DNA of 63,335 nucleotides, the filler included, from Welwitschia mirabilis (Eukaryota): assembly GCA_051453625.1 (NCBI GenBank). It is 7 parts of one record of this genome, joined end to end, with 100 filler letters (N's around TTAATTAATTAA, not from the genome) between each part and the next. Parts side by side here need not be neighbours in the genome. Positions count along the whole stretch, not along the records: positions 1 to 6,336 come from JBOZIK010000001.1; positions 6,437 to 25,696 come from JBOZIK010000001.1; 5 more parts are not named here. The stretch is one strand, 5' to 3'. Position numbers and translations under genes: made by a program. Every line of letters begins with the position of its first letter. Positions within the stretch are counted from its first letter, which is position 1. The notes beneath the pieces are model-generated. The model did no database searches, was not told the DNA's origin, and worked only from the letters and a program-made list of their open reading frames with translations. Of this stretch, positions 1-11,589 are shown one piece after another.

Positions 1-945
1 GTAATTTTTTTTTTTTTTGCTATTTTGCTGAAATTTTCTGAGCTATTCCCTTATACTTTTTTCAACATTATATCATAGAACTTTTCTAGTTTCTTGTGAT
101 GTTTTCTAGAGGCTGGTATTTCTTTTTGATAGGTTTTCTTGATCTGATGAGTTCTTGCATTTGCAAAATCTTTGAGAAGTATTTTTCCATGATGTATTTT
201 TCCTCTACCATAATCCACTTATCCTTCATGTTTTCACCTTTCCAGCTCTTTACTCTATTTGTTACATTCCTATGTTTTCGGTTTTCAAGCAACTATTTTA
301 GAGTCTATCATCTTCCCTAGTTGTCTCCATGATATAAGGGACGACACTCCTTTTTTTTCTTTTAGGTATAATTTGGGACGTCTTGCTTCTCTTATGGGGG
401 GTTAAGATACCTTTTTGGGTGTTAATATGTTATAATTAGCACATGTTTCTATATCTTTCAAGCTTTTATGATCTAATCTTTTTTACTAGGCTATTTTGAA
501 TGTTGGATAAAATTTTTTTTGAGCATTCATGCACTTTTGACATGCAGGACCAGCAACATTTACACATATTTTTTATCTGATCATCTAAATTATGATATAT
601 TTACTATTGTTCCTTGCCTTATTGATGATACTATTGTGAGATGTGTGATATAGAAACTACTTAAGCTGTCATGATAGTCCATTATTATTGTTCTCTATTG
701 TACATACATAATTTCACTTTTATGAGCCATATAGCTACTTTATGAATTTTATTTGTGTTGCATTCATTTTGTAGTGATCTGTTTAAGTAGGGGCTGTGGA
801 AAATTTTTAGAATTTGTATTTGCCTAATTGATGATATCATTTTTTTAAACTTGATTTACAATTTATATGCATTGTTTCCAAATTGGCTTGCAATCTAGTT
901 GATCACTTACTTTGTCAGGGACTGACAAGGCTAAGTAGAGGGCTA
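1..945 (+). mobile_element. 3' internal non-coding region of an Athila-type Ty3/Gypsy element, truncated by the window edge
   Basis: Ends in TTTGTCAG-GGA-CTGACAAGG-CTAAGTAGAGGGCTA: a small hairpin, then a purine-rich PPT-like tract directly before an LTR start (TGTTG at 946). This is the usual Athila 3' layout. Confidence 0.55.
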
Positions 946-2724
946 TGTTGCAATGCCAATTTGTGGGAATTTAATAGTATATTTTGATTAATTCTATAGG
1001 ACATTTATACAGGTTTTGATGTAATACTAATGATTATGAAGGATTGATAGGATAATCAGCAAAACATGTGATATTGAGCATTTTTGATAGTTTCTTGAGC
1101 TTATTCTGATATTGCAGGATTAGAAGAAGGATGGAACGATGCAAGACTAATTGATCTTAAAAAAAGAGAAAAAGAAGAGCACTGTCCCCAGTATCATCCC
1201 CCTAACATTCAGGACGACCAGACTAATGACATGGACAAAAGCCTATAGTGCCAACCATAGCACTTGGTGTACATATTGAGAGGGCATCATCTGCCTGTTT
1301 ATCTAGATGACATGCAAGACGATGATCATAGGACTAACAGTAGTGCATGGCACACAACCCAAGCAACATGGCACATAACCCCAGCCACTAAGATGATGTT
1401 GTCCCCTTTGTCGTGTAGACGACATACAGGATGACAACTGTTTTTGCCTTGTAATAAGTGCCAAATGGGCCATGTGAGTTGTTAGGGTTTCTTTTCTTAC
1501 CTTGAGGGTTTGGCCACCCATTTTCTCAATTAGAAATCTATAAATATCCTTCTTCCCCTTCATTTCCATTTTTCATCTTTGGTTTTCCATACTTGTGACG
1601 AAAGCTTGAAGGGCGAGAGGTCCATTCCATACTGCAGAAAGGAGTCTCCTTGGTGTCAGGTTTTGTCCCTCTTATTAAGGCACTGTTATTCTAGTCTTGT
1701 AAGTAAATGTTATTATGATTCAATAATACAATTTCATTTCTTTTCATTATTATGCACATCCCTTATGATTTAAGTTGATCTTAGTTGTAGCACTCCTAGA
1801 TTTATTTAGATCTTAAGGGTAACCTTTGTTAAGGTTGATCTCGTTTAGTAAGAATAGATTTGCATTATTTCTTCTTTCTTCATATTGCATTCAAGTCCTA
1901 TTTGGGTAGATCTCATAATTATATTGATTAGAAACTAGTTAACACTCTTTCTCTTTGATATAAGTTATAGAGAAGTAGTCTTATGATAGGAAGGCTAAGA
2001 TCTATGTAATATACACTTCCCTTCATATTTCCACTGTCATTTCCTTTACATTTGCATTTCCATTTAATAACATTTTATTACATTTACTTGCATTGTTGTT
2101 ATTCAGTCTTTCTATAAAGATAAACGAAACGTAGAATACAGTGGTGAAAATCATTTCTCTAACTCCAAGCCTAGTGCCTTCGTTAGATTACAACATTCGA
2201 GTGAACTCTTATCTATACTAGAGTGCAANNNNNNNNNNNNNNNNNNNNNNNNNNNNNNNNNNNNNNNNNNNNNNNNNNNNNNNNNNNNNNNNNNNNNNNN
2301 NNNNNNNNNNNNNNNNNNNNNNNNNNNNNNNNNNNNNNNNNNNNNNNNNNNNNNNNNNNNNNNNNNNNNNNNNNNNNNNNNNNNNNNNNNNNNNNNNNNN
2401 NNNNNNNNNNNNNNNNNNNNNNNNNNNNNNNNNNNNNNNNNNNNNNNNNNNNNNNNNNNNNNNNNNNNNNNNNNNNNNNNNNNNNNNNNNNNNNNNNNNN
2501 NNNNNNNNNNNNNNNNNNNNNNNNNNNNNNNNNNNNNNNNNNNNNNNNNNNNNNNNNNNNNNNNNNNNNNNNNNNNNNNNNNNNNNNNNNNNNNNNNNNN
2601 NNNNNNNNNNNNNNTATGACATTTGGGTGAACTCCCATCTATACTAGAGTGCAATTTCTGCAATTTATGTGAATTACAAGTTCATCTAAGGAACTTCCAA
2701 TTTGCAAAAATTTGCATCACAACA
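946..2724 (+). mobile_element. Athila-type LTR (3' LTR)
   Basis: Starts TGTTGCAATGCC and ends GCATCACAACA (TGTTG...CAACA termini). TATA box CTATAAATA near 1538. Colinear similarity to 3470-4958 and 31654-33451, including the U5 block CCTTCG...ACATT...TATACTAG. Confidence 0.8.
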
Positions 2725-3469
2725 AGATTAAACATATTTTTATGGATGTCTTAAAACAAAAAGCACATCATTTTAATTTTTTGAATTAAACATCTTAGTC
2801 TTCTAGACATTTTAGCAATATGAAAATGCACTATAAATGTTTTAATAGTAGATATCTTGAAGGTTGTAGATGTCTACTTTTTATGTTTAAGACATCTTAA
2901 AATTTGTAGATGTCTTAACTATACTATTATGGAAATAAAAACATGTAAAAAGATAGGGTTTTGACCCTTTTTAATAGTCAAATGAACCATCAAATCTTAT
3001 TTTTAAGTATTTACTCAACACATGTTGCTCTTAGGTGATTTTCTAAACTCTCTTTTTCTTAAATTTCTCTAGCTAGATATCTTGGATTTATGAGATATCT
3101 AGCAGGTAAGACAAAGTTTTTTTTGAATAGGTAAATATTTTTTTCATAATTTCTCATAATCTAGTTGATATTTTATTAGTCTTTAATTCTAATTCATAAA
3201 AATGACAAGAATAAAGGCATTAGAAATGTTTAGAGGTAAAGAAAAAGCTATAGAATAAACCATATCATAGTGTGAACCTCGGTTTTATCATGGTTGATCA
3301 AGAAACTCCATTATTGTAGAGAGATCTTGCTTTTTAGATGAGGTGTGGGGTATAACTAATAAAATTCTTTATTTATCTTAACTAGAAAATGATACTTCAA
3401 CTTGTACAACCTATTTTTGTTATAGTGGTAAGAGAATTTTATTAAAACATACATGAAATTGATGACAAC

Positions 3470-4958
3470 TATTGCGATCCCAATTTGTAGGAATTTGATG
3501 GTGTATTTGGCGTGCTTTTACAGTATATTTATACAGGTTTAGATGCAATTCTACTAATTATAGAAAGATGACAAGATGATCATAAATACATATAATTCTT
3601 GGCATAATTATAGGCTTTTCAGGCATGTTCTAATACTTAGTATATTAAAGGAGGACTAAAGGTGAAGAAGACCAATTTATGCTTCTTGAGGAGCTTGGAA
3701 AGAGTGTCATTTCCACTGTCAACCCCATGATAGAAAGGACGACAGCTCATTATGATAGCTACACAAGAATAACACATGGGCAGCACTTGGACAGCACATG
3801 CACACAAAGTATTAGTGGTGTCGTGCCCTTACTCGCCCCATGACATGCAAGAAGATCACCTTAATTACATCAAAAAAGGTTGCAGAACTGATAGTAGCAC
3901 ATGGATACACAACCCAATGCATCATTCCCTATGTCATGTGGATGACCTATAGGACGATAACATTGGTAACATATGTGGATAACCCATGGAGCTAACGGTA
4001 TCACATAGGCACAAAACTCAAGGAAAGAAGGTGGCATTGTTCCCACTGTCATGTGGACGACGAATATAACAATAACTATTTTTACACTGCAACCGTAAAT
4101 TTCATTGTAAAAAGTGCCAAATGGGCCATGTAGTTGGTTAGGATTTCCTTAACAAAAGTCTAGGATTACGGTTCATTGTAAAACTATAACTACCCTTTTC
4201 CCCTTCATTTACAAACCATCTTTTGTACTTGATATGCTTATGATGGAAGCTTAAAGGTAGGAGGTCCATCCAATAGCTACAGAAAGGGGTTTTCTTAGTG
4301 TTAGGCTGTGTCTCTTCCATTGAGGAGCTATTATTCTGTTGTAACTGGATAAAAAGTTCTTTTGATTAATACAATTACTCTTTTCACTCCAATTATGTAA
4401 ATGTCCCTTATGGTTTAAGTTGATCTTAGACAGTGACAAGCTTGGATTTATTAGATCATGAGGGCAACCTTTGTTAAGGTTGATCTTAGTTAGCAGTAGG
4501 TTTGCATTACATTTCTATTTCATTTCATATTGCATATTGCTTATTCTACTTGGTAAATCTAATAGTGTATGTTGATTAAGAATTAGTAAATACTCTTCTT
4601 GATTGATATGAATTATAGGAAGGATAGTCTTTATGATAAAAAGGCTAGAAGCTAGTCCTTATGATAGAAGGATTAGGAACTAAGTGAATCCATTTCATTT
4701 CCTCTTCTATGCACTTGCATTTTATATTCATTCTTCTTGCATCGCATTTACTTTATTATTTACTTTCAGTTAAGTAAAAGATAAAATACCAAAAACTACC
4801 TTTGGAAATAAATTCTCTAACTCTGAGCTTAGTTCCTTCGTTGGGATTATGACATTCAGATGAACTCCTGTTTATACTAGTGTGTGTTTTTCTGCAAGTT
4901 ATATGTTGTACAGGTTTACCTAAAGGACTTCAAGATTGCATAAATTTATACCGCAACA
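3470..4958 (+). mobile_element. Athila-type solo LTR, same family as 946-2724
   Basis: Starts TATTGCGATCC (decayed TGTTGCG) and ends CCGCAACA. Shares blocks with the first LTR, e.g. AAGTGCCAAATGGGCCATGT, AACCTTTGTTAAGGTTGATCT and TAGTCCTTATGATAG. No PBS follows. Confidence 0.8.
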
Positions 4959-5445
4959 TTTAATCCTCCTTCTCAGACTCCACATCAATGCTTAACACAG
5001 GACATACCAACTCATCCAAAACATTTAAGTAGTCTACTATGGACATTCCTTTCTTAATTTTAAAATCATAAATATCTAACTTTAGGTACAACTTATTTAT
5101 CATATACAAGCTTTCCAACTTCATCTATAGCCTAGAAATATAGTCTTCCTTCATGAAATTTAATAGGATCTAATCTACAAGATTCAACCTAATCACAATT
5201 TAATCATTTCAATCTAAATCATGCCCATCCTTTTCTAACATGTGAGAAGAATTCTTATCCTTTTTTTAAAGTGCATTGTATAATCCTTGTTAAATGAGCA
5301 AATTCTTAACCTTTATTTGCCATAACATAGAGTCATTCTTATCAATGAATTTATTCATCTCAAACTTAATGTTTAAAACATTTAAGGCCATATTAACAAC
5401 ATCTCACATAACTGCCTTCTCTGGGACCTATAATCTATGATGCCA
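4959..5445 (-). mobile_element. Ty1/Copia (Tnt1/Tork-like) PBS and gag N-terminus relic
   Basis: PBS-like TGGCATCATAG (5435-5445, -; cf. TGGTATCAGAG, tRNAi-Met). From ATG 5391 the minus strand reads MALNVLNIKFEMNKFIDKNDSMLWQIKVKNLLI*QGLYNAL...IRLNL...KLESLYM..NKLYLK...YLNV, matching Tnt1-type gag. Multiple stops. Confidence 0.8.
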
Positions 5446-6336
5446 ATTATTTCAAAGCATGAAAGTGTCTCTCTTAGAATGTAAGAGGGATCTCATATTC
5501 CCTAAAGGATATTCATTATCTAAGATTATGTCTTAAGGAATAATTTGAATTTTCTTTTCCTTTAGAAGTAAAGTTATAAGGTTTTCACTTATAGATTAGT
5601 TGCAATAGTATTTTTCCTAGTTGTTTTTTTAAAGTTCTAATCATGAGTAGGGTAGAGGAGGAGTAGTTATTTTAACACATAATAAAGGGGAGATTTTTAT
5701 TATTAACTATGGTAATAATCCCAAAGGAACTTATGTTTGGATGAAAATTTATTATCTTAACCAACCCCTTAGTTTACTCTCTATCTATGCTGCTTGCAAT
5801 CTTAAAGATATATGTCATTTGTAAAATTAGCTCTCTACCCAATTACCTTATGTTATTTTATTGGTATCTAGGGATGTAACATGTAAAAATCCAATTTAAA
5901 TAATAAAGGTAAGTAAGAAAGAGGCCTGAAAGATCAAGAATTTGGCTTTTAATTAAGATTCAAAAAAAAAAAATTCTTTTGACTAATGGTAATAGTCCTA
6001 ACAGGTGTCCTACCAACAGGGGTTGGTTTACTTGGAATATTGCTTATAAACAAGTAGACTATCTTGCTTCTTGTTTGAATTGTGCTTATATTCCGAGAAA
6101 TGATATCTTTATATTTAGTTACAACAAAGGTTTTTATCTTAATACTCAACAAAATTAAGTTCTTGCAGATCAATTTCTTATTTCTAGATCACTTCAGAGA
6201 CTAGGAAATCAAGACTTTTCTTGCAATCTTTTCATTTTTCATACTTTTGATTCTTTAAGTAATTCCTTTTTTTAAGTTTAAAATCTTATTTCTAAATTGT
6301 TTAATTCTATAGGATGGATTAATTTATGGAATAATG

Positions 6337-6436
6337 NNNNNNNNNNNNNNNNNNNNNNNNNNNNNNNNNNNNNNNNNNNNTTAATTAATTAANNNNNNNN
6401 NNNNNNNNNNNNNNNNNNNNNNNNNNNNNNNNNNNN
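6337..6436. other. Assembly linker 44N-TTAATTAATTAA-44N; the 12-mer also sits at 25741, 27257, 34606, 56980 and 61804
   Basis: The same 12-mer, which has stops in all six frames, is centred in 100-bp gaps six times. Confidence 0.97.
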
Positions 6437-7900
6437 TTTTAAATTTTCTATGTGCATATTTACAAGATTTAGAGGAAAATTTACCACTAGAAATCCTAAT
6501 TAAAATATTTCTCAACTTTAAAGAGAAATTTCTATAAGGTTCTAATAATTCTTTTAAAAACATAAACTAAAAGCTCTGAATAATGTTCAAAGTTACTTCT
6601 TTTAAAAATAACAAAAGTAATTTATCAAAAAAAACATGCACTTTTTATTTTAGAAAAGAGGTCATTCATGCAGAATTTTTAGCTTCTAAATAGAAATAAA
6701 AAATCAAAGTTTTATAACTTACTAGGCTATAGTACTAAAAAGCTATCCAAAAATAGAGAAATTATTTTCCCATCTTGCTAAGGTGAGAGTATTAGCAAGT
6801 ATTTAAAATCATTCAGCGAAATCTCAGAAAGTACTACTCCTATGTTGACTGCTATTCTAATTACATTAAGCATAACTTCATTATAGAAAAAGTCTTTTTC
6901 AAGTTTAAAATATTTTTCTTTGTATCTATTTAACAACTTAAAACTAATTTTAATAGTTAGAATTTATTTAGGAATATGTCTCATGTTTTCTTCTTTATTT
7001 AGCTTCGAATTCTTCTTTTTAACTTATGATTCATAACAATTTTTTTAAGTTTATTTTTAATAAGAATAATATCAATCCATGTTAATATTATAATTAAATA
7101 ATTAATAAATTCATATTTTAGACTATAGGACTATTGTTCTTTAATGTAATTATCTAGATGGATAATAATGGTCTTCTCTTTAAATATTTTATTTTTGACC
7201 TCTTTAAAGGTTTTGATATTTAATAAAATAAAACAATTTCACGTAATAGCAAAAGAACTTGAGTTGTTCAAAATTGTTAACAAGGGCTTGTGTATACACT
7301 AAATAATAATTTAGAAAGAAGTAGATACATGCACAATTCATAGCTTTCATATTTTCTTTAATTATAAGTGAAGGATAATTGCCCTTAATTAATCTTGAGT
7401 TTAGATTTCTAAAATTTATATGTAAGTAAATCTATCTAAATTTCTTCTTAACATGTAGTAATTTCAATATTCATTTTGAATATTTATATCTGTATATATT
7501 TTTAATTTCAAGGTTTTGCTAATTTTATTATTCGTTAGGGATTCTATTATAGATTTAATGCTTTGAGATATTTCATAGATGTCCTAAGATCTAATAAGAA
7601 TGAAATATAAAAAAAGTGAATTTATATACATATTTACTAATTAATTCTATGCTTTCAAATCAAGATGAAAATTAAGTAATGATAACCATAATATAGAAAT
7701 GAAAAAGAAGAGTAGTAGATGGGCATGGGCTTTAACATCTTGGTGAAGAATCACAAGCACATGTAAGACTTGAACATAGCTCCTAGATTGATATGTGTTA
7801 TCAAAGGGTTTTATTCAATCAAGAAAACTAGAAACTATAGTAAGTGTAAGAAGTTTCTAAGGATCAACTTGTTCATTAGTTTAAATAAAAATAATTATAA
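6437..7900 (-). mobile_element. Highly degraded Ty3/Gypsy-like pol (protease-RT-RNase H-integrase N-terminus)
   Basis: Minus-strand remnants in pol order: LITHINLGA (~7800, protease D(S/T)G-like), INFRNLNSRLIKGNYPSLII..MKAMNCACIYFFLN (~7420-7310, RT), NKIFKEKTIIIHLDN (~7150, YLDD-like), LARWENNFSIF (~6770, RNase H end), KSCKYAHRK (~6460). Confidence 0.55.
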
Positions 7901-9958
7901 TTGTAAAAAATGAAAAAGGGAGACAATTAGAATAGTCTTGTAATCAAAATAAATGTTTTTACTAAAATTTATTTATTAGATATAGCCTGTTTATATATGT
8001 AATTACGTATGAGAGTTTATTGGTTGAATGTTTTTGAAAATGTTACTTTATGTATCTAATTGGTCGAACATTGAATTCAAAACATTTAATGACCATGCCT
8101 CCCCCTTGAAGTATAACAAACATAATGATCAAAATGAATAATTCAATTATGACCATGGCCTTATAATGGACCAAGAAAGGCATCCATACATTTGAACCCA
8201 CATATTCCTAAATGAAAGAGAAAACTAGCACTGCATGCAAATCATAAAATAAGACTAGATTCTAGTTTGAAAAATTTAAAGAGGTGTACTTGATACTATA
8301 ATGCAATAAGAATTTCATTTAGATGTCATATGTAGAATACNNNNNNNNNNNNNNNNNNNNNNNNNNNNNNNNNNNNNNNNNNNNNNNNNNNNNNNNNNNN
8401 NNNNNNNNNNNNNNNNNNNNNNNNNNNNNNNNNNNNNNNNTACTCTCCTAATTACGTTAAGCATAACTTCATTATTAAAAAAAATACTTTTTCAAGAACC
8501 TGAAAATATTTTCACACAAGTTAAATATTTTCCTTTATATCTATTTAACAACTTAAAACTAATTTCAATAGTTAGCATTTATGTAGGACCATGTCCCATG
8601 TTTTCTTTAGCTTCGCATTTTTCTTTTTCACTTATGATTCATAACAATTTTCTTTTAGTTTATTCTTAATAAGAATAATATCAATTCATGTTAACATTAT
8701 AATCATACAATCAATAAATGCGTATTTTAGAATGTAGGACTATCATCCTTTAATGTAATTATCTAGATGAATAATAATGTTGTTCTCTTTAAATATTTTA
8801 TTTTTGACTTCTTTAAAGGTTTTGATATTTAATAAAATAAAATGATTTTTTAATTAAAATAATTTCACTTAATAGTAAAAGAATTTGAGTTGTTCAAAAT
8901 TATTAATGAGGACTTACATATACACTGAATAGTAATTTAGAAAGAAATAGATACATGCACAATTCATAGCTTTCATATTTTCTTTAATTATAAGTGAATG
9001 ATAATTACCCTTGATCAATCTTGAGTTCATATTTCTAAAATTAATATGTAAGTAAATCTATCTAAATTTCTTCCTAACATGTAGCAATTTCAATATTTAT
9101 GTTGAATTTTTATTTTTGTATATATTCAAAGTTTTACTAATTTTATTATTCATTAAGGATTCTATTACAGGTTTAATGCTTTGAGATATTTCATACATGT
9201 TCTGGAATCTAATATGAATGAAATATTAAAAAAAAAAGTAAATGTATATACATATGTACTAATTAATTCTATGCTTTCAAATCAAGTTAAAAATAAAACA
9301 ATGATAACCATAATATTAGAAATAAAAAAGAAGAAAAGTAGATGGACATGGGGCTTTAACATCTTGGTGAAGAATCACAAGCACATGCAAGACTTGAACA
9401 TAGCTCCTAGTTTTGTATGTGTTATCACCGGGTTTTATTCAATTAAGAAAACTAGTGACTGTAGTAAGTGTAAAATGTTTCTAAGAATCAACTTCTTCAT
9501 TAATCTATATAATAATAATTATAATTNNNNNNNNNNGGAGACAATGAGAATAGTTTTGCAATCAAAATAAATGTTTGTATTGAAGTTTATTTATTAGATA
9601 TAGCCTTTTTATATAAGTAATTACATATCATATTTTATTGGTTGGATGTTTTTAAAAATAGTTACTTTATGTATCTTACTGGGGAAACATTGAATTCAAA
9701 ACATTTAGTGACCATACCTCCCCTTGAAGTATAACAAACATAATGATCAAAATGAATAATTCAATTATGACCATGGCCTTATAATGGGCAAAGAAAGGCA
9801 TCCATAGGTTTAAACCCACATATTCCTAAATGAAAGAGAAATCTAATGCTACATGCAAATCATAAAATAAGACTAGATTCTAGTTTGAAAAATTTAAAGA
9901 AATGTACTTGACCCTATCGTGAAATAAGAATTTTCATTTAGATGTCATATGTAGAATA
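6833..9958 (+). repeat. ~1.5 kb direct duplication (6833-8340 vs 8441-9958) across a 100-N gap
   Basis: Both copies start TACT(A)CTCC and end GATGTCATATGTAGAATA. Roughly 90% identical by eye, with small indels. Confidence 0.9.
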
Positions 9959-11589
9959 GAGAAACTAAGAAGAGGGTTTATTAGGCTAACAAAAAGGCAA
10001 ATAAAATAATGGTTAATATATAACCTTGTGTACTATCTTGTAAGAGTATGTGAGACCATTAGTGATAACATAGCATGAATAGTTTAGTTTTTAAGTAAAT
10101 AGTAGAAAACTTATATTTGGAAATTACTCCTTATGTAAATTTTTCTAAGTGAAATTAAAGGATGTNNNNNNNNNNNNNNNNNNNNNNNNNNNNNNNNNNN
10201 NNNNNNNNNNNAGAAGTAACAAACTATTATGTAGGAGTTTTGTTAATGATTTGTTATCAAGAAATCTATTAGTAAAAATATAAGTCATTCAACTATTTTT
10301 TTAACCATATGCTTCTCTCTTAAGAAAGTTAGCATATAGAAAAATTTCTAAACATATAGATAAGAAAACAAGTGGAGGTTCATATTTCCCTTTATTGGTG
10401 TTCACACTTTTTTAAAGATAAAGTTAATGGTGTTCATACTTTTCTAAAAACAAAGTTAAGATAACATAAATTTCTAAAAATAAAGTTAAGAAACAAGTAG
10501 AGTATTTAAAAAGAAAAAAAAGAAAAAGAAGAAGAAGAATAAAGAAAAAGGAAGTAAAGGATTGATATTTTACTTTAATGGCATTTACACTTTTCTAAGG
10601 ATAAGGAAAGGAAAACAAATGGAGGATTCATATTCTATTTTAATGGTGTTCACACTTAAGAATCATGATGATAAACTTCTATGTCTATTTCAAGAGCCAT
10701 AACAACATCATCATAAAATATCAGTCTTCTGTATGGTATATAAATGTTATTCGTGTTAACTTAATTGGTTCATACTTTGGAAAGCTAATTTTAAAAAGCA
10801 GATAGTAATTTATCAAGAGAGATAAGGCGATAAATAAAATATTACTTTGAAAATTATAGTAGTTAAACAAATCAGTGTGTATTTTAAGTATTCTGATATT
10901 GGTAAAGTGCTCAACATTTAACATTTAAAAATATTATCTTAAATGGTAATACCCAATAAAATTTCAAAAATACATAGTATACGTGATAAAGGTTTCATTA
11001 TTAGAGGTTATGGGTTTAAATCTATTATAATCAAATTTAAGCAGAAAAATGTATTCAAAGCTTGCATAGTAAAAGTTATCGATTCAACATTTTCAAGAGC
11101 TATGATGATGTGTATGGCTAGCTAGTATGTATTATGGTCTACTTAAAAAATTCATTAATAAAATAGGACCTCCACTAAAGTGTATGCGATCAGCAAAGCA
11201 GACACAGAACAAGTACGAGCGTGATTCCGTCAATGAACTTTCTTCGGAAATATCAATATCAACATCCACAGATGCACAATTTCAGAGAGTCGAGTCCAGG
11301 GATGCCCACTTTACCACCATTTCTTATTGCGGTCTCTCTGTTGCTTTCTCACACTCACATTCTCAGAAATTCAGCCGAAGCACCACGGAAAGATCCTGCA
11401 AAATCTTTTCTTCACAGAAAATCCTGCCAATTCTTTCCTTCTCCTCATTACACACTATAAGTAAACTCTCGCGGCCTCTCCCGATCAACAGCAAAACCAT
11501 TTCGGGTGTCTGCAACTCCCATTTCTTACTCAAATCCCCTTCTCTACAGCTCTTCTTTCTTACTCAGAACCCCTTACTGTTTCCCTGGA

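Noticed and set aside
2151..2663. Long ORFs made mostly of X (also near 23.3, 26.3, 32.4, 35.1 and 42.1 kb)
   Set aside because: They are artefacts of translating through N gaps.
6381..6392. Recurrent TTAATTAATTAA palindrome as a biological motif
   Set aside because: It is always centred in 44N+44N gaps, so it is a scaffolding linker.
6437..6800. Caulimovirid RNase H reading of KSCKYAHRKFK
   Set aside because: It lies downstream of the LARW RNase H end, where a Gypsy integrase zinc finger is expected. No movement or coat protein motif was seen, so an endogenous virus call is unsupported.
9181..9570. 129-aa + strand ORF
   Set aside because: It is antisense to a degraded pol relic, and the duplicate copy (~7560-7950) has stops in the same frame.
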